The notes: generated by a model not told the origin, from the sequence alone. Shown: positions 38,455 through 51,500, counted from the first letter of the stretch. The stretch is DNA of 64,000 nt from Mytilus californianus (GCF_021869535.1 NW_026262734.1:40024487-40088486); one strand, 5' to 3'. Made by a program: numbers and translations.

Positions 38455-40567
38455 GTAAGTTTCCTGCATATTAAAAAAAAAGTATCCGGAAAGTCATAAA
38501 TTGAAATTTGTGTTGTGGAGTGTAGGTATTCCAGGTAGCTGGCAGATATCTACATGAATTCTACATCTATAGCATAAATTCCAGTTGTTTGTGCAAAATT
38601 AACACAGTATAAGTCATCTGTGTATGATACAGTTTGTCAGTTACTCATAGATGGACATGTTGTTATCAGGTCAACCAATTTTCTTCAATCAAACTGCCCC
38701 TGAAATATCTTAAATACATAAAACCAAAATTAAGAAAAGACAAAATCAGATAATAGATTGAATTTCATGGATATTTTCTTTCTAGGTATCTTGACGCTGA
38801 CCATTTCTATATTTCATTCATGCCTTCTTTGCATTGTTAAATAAAAATTGCAGTGAATTTGAAACATCTGTGAAATTGACGAAACTTCTGTCATAATGCA
38901 AAGTGAATCTTTTGAAGAAATCTTTTAAGGTTTAGAAATTTTTTATTTTATTGATCAATGAAGGGAATCTGGTTTGCTTTGCAATAAGAAAAATAGCATT
39001 GCTTAGAACAGAAGACAACAGGACAAACTACTTATATTGTGTTGCAACTTTTTGTATAAAAGATAAAGGTAGAAAAAGGAGCAAGCCTTGACTATAGTTA
39101 AGCATTTTTAATAGGTGGAACTTTTAACTAAGTACACAATGCAGTGAACATATAGTTCAACCTTATGTCAAGGATTAGTTTGTTTTGTTGAATAATGTTT
39201 ATTTACTCTGCATGTTTATTTTTTGTTGTATAAGATTTATTTACTCTGCATGATAATCCTGTCCGTCTCTCTGCACAATTTACTGTTTCAGAATCTAAAG
39301 GACTCTGGGTAATGTAATTGTTCATATACACCTTAGTGAAAATTACATTACACCATTGGTTGGATATCTATTATTTAAGAGATAACCAAATAGAATATGT
39401 TGTCGTAAACTTTTTAAAATATTACCCAGAATGCATTATGGGTAGATTCTGAAATGGTAAATTGTCAAATAAATAAAATCATGCATGAAAGTCTAAAGTA
39501 GGCAATAGAGTAAGTGAATTTTACTTTTTTGTTCATTTCAGACTGACGAAAAAGTAAGTCAACAAATGCAATTCGTGCTTGCAGTGCTTTCAGTGCTTTG
39601 TTCTAACAGTTATTCTTGTAATACACATTTCTTATAACATGTTTGAATAACGCCCTGCTTAAGAATGGGATATGCTGCCTACAATTGTATTGTGTTTTTA
39701 ATGTGTTTGTGTGTCCTTCACTCCCTGTTTTGCAAATGCAATGCATTTTGTTCAGTGTTTGTTCTTATCATTCTAGGAAATCTTAGAAGTGAATAGATGT
39801 ATTTTATACTTTTTATTGAAAACTAGGTTTTTTAAGAAGAAAAAAAAAGCTTCTGTTAATGAAGATATTAAAACAATTTTGAACATATTTGATAATGGTA
39901 AGTTTGTAGATTTCCTAAAATGATGTGTGATTATTCATCTGTTGGGCCATAATAACATAGAAAAGTGCTAGATGAAAAGATGTTATAAATATTAACTAAA
40001 GATTTCTTACAATTTGTGCTTCAATTATATAAGTTTGTTTTATATTAGGTTCATATTTCAACCTCAATTCCATTGGGAGACTCCTATACTGTTTATACAA
40101 AAGTAAGTCATAGTGACTTAGCTTTATAAATTGATGTTTTGAAAGTTCAGTGTTGTTTGAATATTTTATATGTTCTTGTTTTTTAAGTTTTTCTTAAAAA
40201 GATATTCTCCAATCAAAATATTTGAATCAAGTTATTCTCAATACTAAATTCCTGACATACTTATATGCTTGTTTCAAATGGTGTTATCTCATAGTTGTAT
40301 CTCGTTAGCCTTTAATGTCCAGAATATGCCTGTAGTATTTGCCACTGGAAATTAAGGAGCCATTAAAAATAATTATGATATTGATTAAATTAATTTGATG
40401 CCAGGGTGTTAAAAGAAGACAGAAAATTGTTGGCTATAAATCTATTCACTGCAAAATATCCAAAACAATAGAATATTTGTGCAAATGGAAAAAAGTCATG
40501 ACAACCATTAGGGAAATGTTTAAATTCTTAGTTCATTGCACATGTAATAGAAAGGCAATGGCGGATC

Positions 40568-40587
40568 CTGGGGGGGGGGGGGGGGTT
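40568..40587. repeat. Homopolymer G~20 followed by T10 in MVP intron 6
   Basis: cctgggggggggggggggggggttctttttttttttg. Confidence 0.85.
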
Positions 40588-41332
40588 CTTTTTTTTTTTG
40601 ATGATCAATGCTTTTGAAAGGGGACATAGGGTTGGAAACCCCTTTTATAAATGGCTGGATCTGCCCCTGAAAGGACATCATGACCACTTTCTCTGTCAAC
40701 TTTTAAATACAAAGATTTTTTAGATTGATGTAATTAGAGATGCACATTGTAGATGCTTTCATTGCAGTTTATTATAATGAAATCAGTTTGCTTGGTCATA
40801 ACTTCTTGATTCATACTTGATATTTACATTTCCAAGACTAATAACACAGTTTATAATATCTATTCATTCATATCACATTTTCTCAAACTCCTTTACTTAG
40901 ATACCTGTTTTCTTTGTACTAAATCTGCATTTGAGGTTTGATTTATTTTGAATTCACAACAAAGCCTACATGTAACATCACAGGTCTTCTTGTTCCATGA
41001 GAGAAACATTTTTTTTTATATTTTCATATTTTCTATGTTGTACAAGTTCATCTTTTTTTTATATTTTTATTTTGTAATTTGCTTTTCCTAGTACATGTAT
41101 GTAGTATGCTAGTATTTACTTCAGTTGTTACATATACATTTATAAGTTTTGCATTTAAACTTTTAAATCACTGTCAGTTTAAGTCTTCAAATGTCAATAG
41201 TTGTGATATCTTTTAGTTTGATACCCCATTCCATTTCTTTTCATAATGCCTGAACAAGATTTAAAAAATTAAGATTTCTGAAAGAGAATTTTTATGACAC
41301 AAAATTATTTATTATCAAAATTTTTATTTTAG

Positions 41333-41482
41333 GATGTTGGAAGGAAACCAGGAGATAAGTGGATGATCCGGGGACCAGCAGAATATGTACCTCCTGTGGA
41401 GGTTGAGGTTATCATGAAGAGAACTGCAATCCCATTGGATGAAAATGAGGGTATCTATGTCAGAGATATCAAAACTGGAAAG
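41333..41482 (+). CDS. MVP: Major vault protein, coding exon 7
   Basis: Acceptor tttttattttag|gatgtt; [50 protein letters not shown] (human [45 protein letters not shown]); donor aag|gtacga. Confidence 0.9.
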
Positions 41483-41901
41483 GTACGAGTTACAAGTACT
41501 AAAATCAAAACATGAAATGAACATTAATATTTTTTCAAAAAGCCCATACTGCAGTAAGGTAGCCAATCTTTTTTGAATAAAAATGTTTTGCAAAAATTTA
41601 GTTCATTTTCAAAAGAAGCATTTTTTATGAATTTTGTTAAACAAAAACAACCTGTTACATATCTGAAAAATTTTGGTAAATGAATGCTTTGTGAAAGTGG
41701 GAATCTTTATATTGACGTAAAAAAACAATTTTATATGTATCCAAGATTTGTTGTCCTTTAGGTGAAAAACAAATATTCTGGATATATGATGATTTTGAGA
41801 ATAAAGTTAACTTTTAGATTGGAACACCTCAAATCACAATTTGATATTGTCTTTTTCTTTTGTAAGTTTTTGATTAGGATTACAATCATAATATATTTTA
41901 G

Positions 41902-42140
41902 GTCAGAGCTGTTACTGGAGAAACATATATGTTGAACCAAGATGAGGAATTGTGGGCCAAGGAACTTCCTCCTGCAGTCGAGACCCTTCTGGCTCAAGGA
42001 AAGGACCCTATGGCTGACAGGAGTGACAGGTCCAAATCTAGTGATGCATCCAAACCACGTGACAAAACTCGTGTTGTCACATTCAGAGTTCCACACAATG
42101 CTGCAGTACAGATTTATGATTATAAAGAAAAGAAAGCCAG
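41902..42140 (+). CDS. MVP: Major vault protein, coding exon 8
   Basis: Acceptor atattttag|gtcaga; [79 protein letters not shown](R); donor ccag|gtaaat, phase 2. Confidence 0.9.
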
Positions 42141-43127
42141 GTAAATATTGTTTCTTAGTCTGTGTGTACATTCCAGTAACCAACAGCCTATGATCAGGAT
42201 CAGGTCAGTCATATCAGGCCTAATGGTCTAAGTAGTTCAAATAATTTGGATTCATAAATTTTTTGAGGGTATCAATTTTCGTTGATTATGGAATATTTGT
42301 ATTTTTCATGTATATATGATTTAATGGTTTAACAAAAGTTTGCATACAAGCCTATAAAACTTTTCACTTTGTTGAACAGTTAAATTCATGGTTCACTTGT
42401 ACCGAAGAAATCCCATGAAAATAGGTATCCAACAAACCGTGATAAAACCACAGTACAGTGATCACGATCTGTCAACTTTGAGGTTACGAGTTCTATCCCA
42501 GTTCGTTCCAAGTGTGTTTTAATTCAATCTTATTTGACAAGGATTGCCATTTTGGTTCCTTCCTGATACTCCAGCTTCCTCCATCAATAAAATTGGCCGC
42601 CATGTGGTTGAAAGTGGCATTAAACACGGATAAACAAACAAACAAACAAACTTCTTTACTTAAGTCTTTGTTACTTTGGACAATAGAATCGGTATGTAAC
42701 CAACAGAATAATTACCGACAGTGCAAGACCCTCATGGGTAGTCGAGGTCGTTAAAAAAAACCTCTTCGTTGCCTCAATTTTTGAGAAATTCCCTTCATTT
42801 AGGATTTTACATCGGTAATTTAATGAATAAAAAATGTTCACTGTAAATTATCAGAAGTAACTAGTGTATGTCTGTTTAAATTGTGATGAGAAAAATGATT
42901 TGTATTATTGTTGATGAAAAAATTATATATTTTCAAAGATTTTTTATTTAATTTTTTATGCAAACTCGACATATAAGCCTGCAGGAAATTTGTATTTTAT
43001 TGAATATGATTTATACTAAATTAATACCCTTGAAATCCTGGAAAATAAGTACCAAACAAATAATATTGATTGCACAGTAGTTATTACTATACAAATAATA
43101 CCACATGTAATTTTCTTTTCATTCTAG

Positions 43128-43470
43128 AGTTGTGTTTGGTCCAGAATTAGTTATGTTGGGTCCAGATGAACAATTCACACAGCTTAGTCTCTCTGGAGGC
43201 AAACCTAAGAAACAAAATGTAATCAAATCATTGTGTTTACTTCTGGGTCCTGATTTCTGTACTGACATTATCACCGTGGAAACAGCCGATCACGCCAGAT
43301 TGTCACTTCAGCTGTCATACAACTGGCACTTTGATATTAAGAATAAAGAAGATAAGACTGAGGCATCCAAGATTTTCAGTGTACCAGATTTTGTTGGAGA
43401 TGCGTGCAAGGCTATTGCCTCCCGAATCAGAGGAGCCGTGGCACAAGTACAATTTGATGATTTCCACAAG
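43128..43470 (+). CDS. MVP: Major vault protein, coding exon 9
   Basis: Acceptor cattctag|agttgt; (R)[114 protein letters not shown], near-identical to human over long stretches; donor aag|gtatgc. Confidence 0.95.
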
Positions 43471-44027
43471 GTATGCTTAATGATATGTACAAGTTGATTT
43501 GAATAGATTCAAGGATTACCACAGAAAAATGTTCAAAGGTGGAACTCATAAAATAATTAGCTTACCTGTTGAGAAAATATTCATCAACATCATACCTTTG
43601 GCAATAATCTTGAATACATATGTATGTATATATATTGTATCTTTATTTTATGAAAAAAACAAAAATAAGCTTAATAATGGTCTTTCAAAATTATACTAAA
43701 GAACTATTGATGCCTGAAATCTAAGGGTGGTCTTAAAAATTCTAGATAGGAGGAGCATCACCATTAAATATCCTTTGGTGATCCATGAGAGATATTGATA
43801 TGTAAGGAACTTTAGGTTTTCAATATGTTTCATCCATATATATTTTTAAGTTTTCCACTGCATTGTAATGAACTGTTTTCTCACCTGGGCATGAATAAAA
43901 TTAATCCTACAAAATGCAAAAAATCAAATAGTATGCTTATAAGATGAAAATAATCATTGCACATTGAAAATTAGATACTGTGGATAGAAAAGATCAGTAT
44001 TTGGAAATTTGCACATTTATATTACAG

Positions 44028-44239
44028 AATTCAGCTAGAATCATCAGATCTTCTGTGTTTGGTTTTGATGACAAAGACAAAGTGCGTGAAGTTTTCAAAT
44101 TTCCTCAAAACAACTTAGTATTCACCAGTATTGATATCCAATCAGTAGAACCTGTAGATCAGAGAACAAGAGATGCCTTACAAAAATCTGTACAGCTGGC
44201 CATTGAAATCACAACAAACTCACAGGAAGCTGCTGCAAG
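44028..44239 (+). CDS. MVP: Major vault protein, coding exon 10
   Basis: Acceptor atattacag|aattca; [70 protein letters not shown](R); donor gcaag|gtaggt, phase 2. Confidence 0.9.
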
Positions 44240-44400
44240 GTAGGTAACTCTATAGAAAATCTGTACAGCTGGCCATTGAAATCACAATAAACTCACAAGA
44301 AGCTGCTGCAAGGTAGGTAACTCTACAGAAATCTGTACACCTGGTCATTGAAATCACAACAAACTCACAGGAAGCTGCTGCAAGGTAGGTAACTCTAATT
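44183..44400 (+). repeat. Tandem array (~73-bp unit x3) duplicating the exon 10 3' end and donor site
   Basis: aaatctgtacagctggccattgaaatcacaacaaactcacaggaagctgctgcaag|gtaggtaactcta x3 (copies 2 and 3 slightly diverged: cacaataaactcacaaga, gtacacctggtcattg). Confidence 0.85.
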
Positions 44401-44803
44401 CACATTCAAAATGATGAGTGTAAATGGCGGGACTGTTAGGTTATGAGCTAAAAACATACATGTTTGAGAAAAAGCAATGCATATTTATAACACAAAAAAA
44501 ATTGCCTACTAAATGTTAAAATATAATTCATGAACATTGGCAAAACCACAGATGTTGAATTTGTTTAAACTTGCACATATGATAAATGGTAGGGGGTCCT
44601 GTTCAACATGTGAGGAACCCTTTACATAGTTTGGTTGTTCCTCTGTACGGCTGTCTATCATTTAGATTGTGTCTTTCCAGTAATAAGAATCATATTCTCA
44701 ACATGCTGGGAAGCAATCTGCAGAACACAAAATAATCATTTGTTAGTTTTGAGATATATTTAATGAATATAAATGGGAGAGTTTTATCAATCTGTATTTT
44801 CAG

Positions 44804-45047
44804 ACATGAAGCAGAAAGATTAGAACAGGAAGCCAAAGGAAGATTGGAGAGACAGAAAATTTCAGATGAAGCAGAGGCTGAGAAATCCAGAAAACAATTG
44901 TTAGAATTACAGGCAAACAGTGCTGCAGTAGAAAGTACTGGTCAGGCTAAAGCAGAGGCACAGTCCCGAGCTGAGGCTGCCAGGATTGAGGGTGAGGCAG
45001 CTGTAGACCAGGCCAAACTGAAATCACAGGCAATGAAGATTGAAGCA
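44804..45047 (+). CDS. MVP: Major vault protein, coding exon 11 (coiled-coil cap helix region)
   Basis: Acceptor gtattttcag|acatga; (R)[81 protein letters not shown]; donor gca|gtaagt. Confidence 0.9.
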
Positions 45048-46774
45048 GTAAGTAGAATAGTTTGTTACCCTGTCAGAATATCAATAATTTGTTGCCTGTC
45101 AGAATACTGTTGATTCAGAATGCGTGCATTTTTAATTGTGATTTTTGAAGAATGGACAAAAATGCAAGATTAATTATTGCGATTTGAGAAAAATTTCTTT
45201 AATATATATGTATTAGATATCAGAAGAAAACTGGATAATCAATATTTTATTGTATTCCTGTAATAATGTTATGTGCATTAGCACTCAATCATACTTTATT
45301 TAAATGAAAAGTATTTCAATAAAAGAAGACCTATGAATAAAGATACTACTGAAAATTGTTTCATGAAAAGTTGTCTCAGAAAAAGATTACCAGATTATTC
45401 TAATGCAGACCTCTAGATACATTAACTTTTTTTATTCGAGTGTCACTGATGAGTGTTTTGTAGACGAAACGTGTGTCTGGCGTACAAAATTTCAATCCTT
45501 GTATCTATGATGAGTTTATTGTCCCCTGCTCAAGGATCCGGAAATTTTCCCAAGTCATTTCGGTCATTTTTTTTTGTGATGTAATAATATCGTGATGCAC
45601 AATAATGCATTTTTCTGAGGGTGACAAGTCTTGCACATGGACAAGTAAAGTCCTTTTTTGTGAAGTATTGGGTCAAACAAGTGTAACTGTACCCTGATCT
45701 AACAGTAACAGTGATGTCTCTGAGTTAGAAACTACACGAGGAGACGTTTTGTTGTTGTGTATTGCATCACTGAGGTCGTATGCATAACCCTTTAAATTTG
45801 CATAAAAAATAATATACCGAAAAGTTAACAGTAAAATCAATCTTTCAAATAAGATCATCAATTAACCCATGTTGATCCCCATTTTCCATGCGCAAACTCA
45901 GTAAACATAAATCTATATTTAACAAACGTTGACCAAATCAGCTGATCGATTATAAATGGATTATATGTTTTATTTGGATAAAAATGGACAGATTCTCGAG
46001 TCAACAGTGTTATTTGACTTCTTTAATGAATAAAATAATATCTTTTGGGAAAATCTAGGTCAGAATGGTTAAAACGTTAAATTTGATGCACAGCAAATCG
46101 CCATATTGTTTTTATTGCTTAACAGGTGTTTACAGGTGAGATTTGTGTACATGGCCTTTATGGCTTTAATCAAGACAATAACGACACCCAAGCCGAATTC
46201 AAACTTCCTGGACATTGATTACTATCCTCAAGTGGTGATAATTACTATGTAAACAAACCTAGTGGCTTGAACCCAGACTTACCCCACAGTGTGACTCGAC
46301 AGAGTCCTGTACATTGTTTTCACTTACATTATAGAATAAACAACAGACTAATGATAAATATTATTAAATCACTAACACAAATCAATAAAATTTTTATTTT
46401 GTCTCAAACAAATCTATTTTTCTTGATGAGCTGAAAACAAAAATAAGTTCAAAATGGCGACCGATAAAACCCTGATCTCAATGAAATGACCGAAATTATT
46501 TCTGTAAAAAAAAAAAAAGACCTAAATCCCAATAAATCATTTCGGTCTTTTCAGTTTCCAAATCGGTCATGTCTGGCATTCTGAGTTCTAAGATCAGTGC
46601 CTATCAATTATATTTAAAAGAGTTATTCCCCTTGGAAACATTACCTTGTACTACTTTGGATAGAAAAAATATGTGCAACGTGGGGGACATTAAAACTCTG
46701 TTCCTTTTATATACTTACTATTGATAATGCAAAAAGTTGGTGAGCATATTTAGATTATTGTGTTGACTTTGTAG

Positions 46775-47113
46775 GAGTCTGAATTAGAAAGACTAACACA
46801 GGCCAGAGAAGCAGAACTTAAATATGTTAGAGAGCAGAATGAAATGGAACTTTCCAAATCAAAAGAAATGTCAACCATCGAGACAACAAAATTCAAGAAC
46901 ATGGTGGATGCTATTGGAGCAAATACCTTGGCAACCATGGCATCTGCTGGACCAGACCAACAGGTCCGTATGTTGCAGTCTCTTGGCCTGAAATCCACCC
47001 TAATCACGGACGGTAGCACACCAATTAATCTGTTCAATACAGCTAATGGACTGATTGGAGGTATGATGCCAGCAAAGAGGAGCAGGAGGTCTGATGAGGA
47101 AGACGATGATTAA
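46775..47113 (+). CDS. MVP: Major vault protein, terminal coding exon with stop
   Basis: Acceptor gactttgtag|gagtct; [112 protein letters not shown]; [24 protein letters not shown] is identical to human MVP; TAA at 47111..47113. Confidence 0.95.
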   Translation, partial: ESELERLTQAREAELKYVREQNEMELSKSKEMSTIETTKFKNMVDAIGANTLATMASAGPDQQVRMLQSLGLKSTLITDGSTPINLFNTANGLIGGMMPAKRSRRSDEEDDD

Positions 47114-49199
47114 AACTTTGTGTTAAATTGTGATGTAACACCAAAAGGAAGATGGTGTTTTAAAATTTGACCTTTTCATAACTATTACCTGACTGATGAA
47201 ATCCTTGGTAAAAAGACAATAATGTTGACTGTTTGTTGTACACATTTGGTCAGAACTTATATAATTATCTTCTTTGTATGTTGCTAAAAATAATTTTGTT
47301 TCTCTTCGTTATTTTTTTTTTATTTATTTGAATGTACAAAATGTTTGAGTGATTGTGGTAGTTATACTTGGGGTTTTTAATGAAAGAGGTGTGAAAATAA
47401 TATTCTGATAAAAGCAATGGACCAAGTATGTGATGTTTTATAGTGCTCTCCTTTTTTCATTCTATAGTTTTATATCATTATTTTCATATCAAAACAATTA
47501 TTAGGGAGTAATCTTGATCTTTATTTATTTCTATTATTTGATACTTTTTATATGCTGTTAAAAACATAAAAAAAGGACACAAAATTTTTGTGCAATAATT
47601 ATTTACTTGCTTCAAAGTGTGGTGAATAAGTCATATATATCTGTTATCTGTATTCTATATTGTTTTCAATTTTACATTGACTATTGGAAGCACCTTAAAC
47701 AATCATAACTTTAAATACCTTGATTATATATTGTTATAAATCATGTATTGTTTACTTAATTGTAGTGAATTGAAATTATAAAAAAAAATAAAAAAAGACA
47801 TTTAACAGAAAAGTTAATAAAAATTCAGATATAATCACTTTTTATTATTTTAGTACTTTTTGTTTTCTTTTTGTGAGCAGAAAGGACTACAAGATTTAGA
47901 AATAACAAAATATTAAACTTAAGAAAAATGCGCTAATCACATACTTTAACGAAAAGTAATTAAAATCTCTGTAACAAAGAATGAACTCAACAGAACGTCA
48001 TACAGGCTATATAATTTGACTTTGAACATGCATAAGACCAAATGTTAAAATAGTTTTTCTGGGTACCCAAACCCTTGTTTATGATATACCTTATTTAAGA
48101 CAAATACAACACACACAATACATGCTAAACACTTATTTAGATGACAGCAAATTAGAATGTGAAGCCTGACAGTTTGCTGGTAGTAAAATTATACACAAGT
48201 TAAAGAATGGACACTACATATGATAAACACGAATGTGTCCATAGTACATGGATGCCCCAATCACACTATTATTTTCTATGTTTAGTGGACCGTGAAATTG
48301 GGGTAAAAACTCTAATTTGGCATTAAAATTAGAAAGATCATATTATAGGGAACATGTGTACTAAGTTTCAAGTTGATTGGACTTCAACTTCATCAAGAAC
48401 TACCTTGACCAAAAACTTTAACCTGAAGAGGGACAGACAGACGAACGGACAAGGGATGCACAGACCGAAACACATAGTGCCACTCTACTATCGTAGGTGG
48501 GGCATAAAAAGGCTGACTGACTTCAACCAGTACAAATTTCTGCCACCTCTACAATAGCAGTGTAATATGTGGATTTATTGTGTCGACTATTATTTGAAGA
48601 ATTTTGACAGGTACCTTAGATACTAAATTTAAGTTGATTAAAATGCTATTAAGGTACTTAAGGGTTTTTAAAGGCTATGAAAGTCCCTGTCTCTGGCCAA
48701 CATTACCAGATATATAAATGGTATCACAATACCTGTACCTGGTAATTTTTTCCAGGTATTTAAAGGTGTCAGACCACCAATTCAAAATCCCTACCTATTC
48801 AACCAAATTTTGCAATTTTCACAGCTTAATATTTTACCTTAAGTTTAACTTCATAGAAACCAGGTATATCCTGAATTGTACATGTATCACCTTTCTACAT
48901 GCCAATTTTCAACTCATGTTTAAAGAATTCTAAGAAAGAACTGCTTTTCGGAAGACCAGTACTACTAAAAATAACCCCTGGTTTTCTGGAAATCTTAAAT
49001 AAGTATACTATAGAGTGCATTAATCTTCAATTTTTAATGCAAACTCATAGACAAGTAAATTTTGGCTCAGAATGGTCTAAATATATTTCCCTTTCACCAA
49101 AAGTTTCATTTCTGCAAATTTGTTGGATAGTTTAAGTAAACAATGACATCAAAAGCACTATTTTGTGTAAGAGTAGGGCTACTTTTACGTTCTAAATTG

Positions 49200-50060
49200 G
49201 AGGGAGTGAATTGGTTGTCTGACACCTAAAGGCTATCACAGTCCTTGTACCTGGCCAATATTACAAGGTATTTAATGCTATGGCTGTCCCTGTATCTGGC
49301 CAATATAAGCGGGTATATAAATGCTATCACAGTCCTTGTACCTGACCAATAGTACAAGGTGTTTAAAGGCTATCACAGCCCTGTACCTGGCTAATATTAC
49401 AAGGTATTTAAAGGCTATCACAGCCACTGTACCTGGCTAATATTACAAGGTATTTAAAGGCTATCGCAGTCCTTGTACCTGGTCAATTTTACAAGGTATT
49501 TAAAGGCTATAGCAGCACCTGTACCTGGCTAATATTACAAGGTATTTAAAGGCTATTGCAGTCCTTGTACCTGGTCAATTTTACAAGGTTTTTTAAAGGC
49601 TTTCACAGTCATTGTATCTGACTAATATTACCTAGTATTTAAATGTTATCCACAACCCCTGTACCTGGCCAATATTACCGGTACTAGTGTTTAAAGGCTA
49701 TGACAGTCCCTGGACATTATTATCACCAGGTACAATGTACTGTAAATTCAGAAATTATTGCGTGTATTTATTTTTAGCAAATTTGGAATATCAATCATTG
49801 GAATTTCAGAAAGAGCTTCTTGCAGATATATGTATCCAATATTATAATGTGAGTTCTTATTGCGATACTCACCCAGTCGCATTATTCACATTAATAAAAA
49901 CCTTGTAACAATTTCTAAATTTACAGTATTTAAAAAGGCTACCACGGCTCCTGTACCTGGCTAATGTTACCAGGTATTTAAATGATATAATAGTCCCTGT
50001 ACCTGGCCATTAACTGTTTAAAAAAACTATAGCAGACCCTGTACCTGGTCATTTGGGTAT
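49200..50060. repeat. 58-bp minisatellite x~14, interrupted by a MITE; additional diverged units at 48640..48790
   Basis: ggtatttaaaggctatcacagtccttgtacctggccaatattacaa repeated; ctgtacctggc(t/c)aatattacaaggtatttaaaggctat. Confidence 0.8.
49740..49926. mobile_element. Stowaway-like MITE (same family as 14709..14914) nested in the minisatellite, TA TSD
   Basis: TA|ctgtaaattcagaaattattgcg ... caatttctaaatttacag|TA; minisatellite units resume immediately after. Confidence 0.75.
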
Positions 50061-50379
50061 TCGGTCTCTGAGATACATGCATTATACAGCTGTTTTAAGG
50101 GTACAGTGCTTTTTCCTCTTCTGGTTGTCGAGCCTGCGACTTTTGTCGCAGAAAGCTCGACATAGGGATAGTGATCCGGCGGCATTAGCTAACTTCTTAA
50201 AAGCTTTATACTTTAGAAGCTAGAAGACCTGGATGCTTCATACTTTGTATATAGATGCCTTATGTTACGAAGTTTCCGTCTGTCATATGTCCATTGTCCT
50301 TGACCTCATTTTCATGGTTCACTGACTACTTGAAAAAAAGTCAACATTTTTTGTAATGTTATTTTTATGCCCCCGCCGT

Positions 50380-51500
50380 AGCGGAGGGGGCATTAAGTTT
50401 TACCCTTGTCCGTCTGTACGTACGTACGTCCCGAAATTGGTTTCCGTTCTCTAACTTCAGTTTGCCTCAACCAAATGTTATGAAACTTATACACAATGCT
50501 TATTACCACAAAACACAGATCAAGTTTGAATTTTGGTGGCGTCACTTTAACCGATCTAGAGTTATGCTCCTTTATAAAAGGAAATATTGCAAAATTTTTA
50601 GTTTCCGTTCTCTAACTTAAGTTTGCCTCAACCAAATGTTATGAAACTTATACACAATGCTTATTACCACAAAACACAGATCAAGTTTGAATTTTGGTGG
50701 TGTCACTTTAACGGATCTAGAGTTATGCCCCTTTATAAAAGGAAAAATTGCAAAATTTTTATTTTCTTCTAAATATCAAGTTTATATAATATATTTTTAA
50801 AATTGGAGTTATCTTCCTTTGACCATGATTATAGTTGGATCAACTACAATCAATGCTTTATACAATGCAATGTTTAATATTGACTTCCACTGATAAAACA
50901 CAGATCAAGTTGAATTTGGGTAGTGTCACTTTAACCATTATTGAGTTATGCCCCTTTATAAATAGAAAGATTGCAAATTTTTTTAGTTTCCATTCTGTAA
51001 CTGAAGTTTTCCCCAGCCAAACATTATGAAACCTATACACAATATTCATTACCACAAAACTCAGTAAGGATCAAGTACAATTTTTTTGTTTCAGTTCTCT
51101 AACTTGAGTTTGCCTCAACCAAATGTTATGAAACTTTTACACAATGCTTATTACTACATAATACAGATTAAGTACGAAATTAGGTGGCAACACTTTTACC
51201 ATTCTAGAGTTATGTCCCTTTATAAACATAAAAATTGCTGAATTTTTTAGTTTTGTCTCAACCAAATGTTGTAAAACTTATACACAACTGTTCTAGAGTT
51301 ATGGGTGTTTACAAATAGAAAAATTGCTGAATTTTTAGTTTCTGTTCCCTTCTAAAGTTAGCCTCAACCAAATGTTATGAGACTTACACACAATGCTTAT
51401 TACCACAAAACTCAGATCAAGTTCAAATTTGGGTAGCGTCACTTTTACCGTTCTTCAGTTAAGTCTCTTTATAACTATATGATATGCAAGCGGGGGCATC
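50380..51500 (+). repeat. Repeat family D: hairpin-headed element with internal ~150-190-bp tandem units
   Basis: Head atgcccccgccgtagcggagggggcat (palindrome) + taagttttacccttgtccgtctgtacg. Units gtttccgttctctaacttcagtttgcctcaaccaaatgttatgaaacttatacacaatgcttattaccacaaaacacagatcaagtt...ctagagttatgc(t/c)cctttataaa x~7. Tail tataactatatgatatgcaagcgggggcatcatctgtgtcc. Copies also at 54050..54240 and 55950..56330. Confidence 0.7.

Noticed and set aside
39840-39900. Third exon-like segment in MVP intron 6 (aactag|gtttttt...gataatg|gtaagt)
   Set aside because: Contains stop codons in the frame required between exons 6 and 7.
41758-42183. 141-aa ORF on the minus strand
   Set aside because: Antisense to MVP exon 8; the sense frame encodes a highly conserved MVP segment, the antisense has no features.
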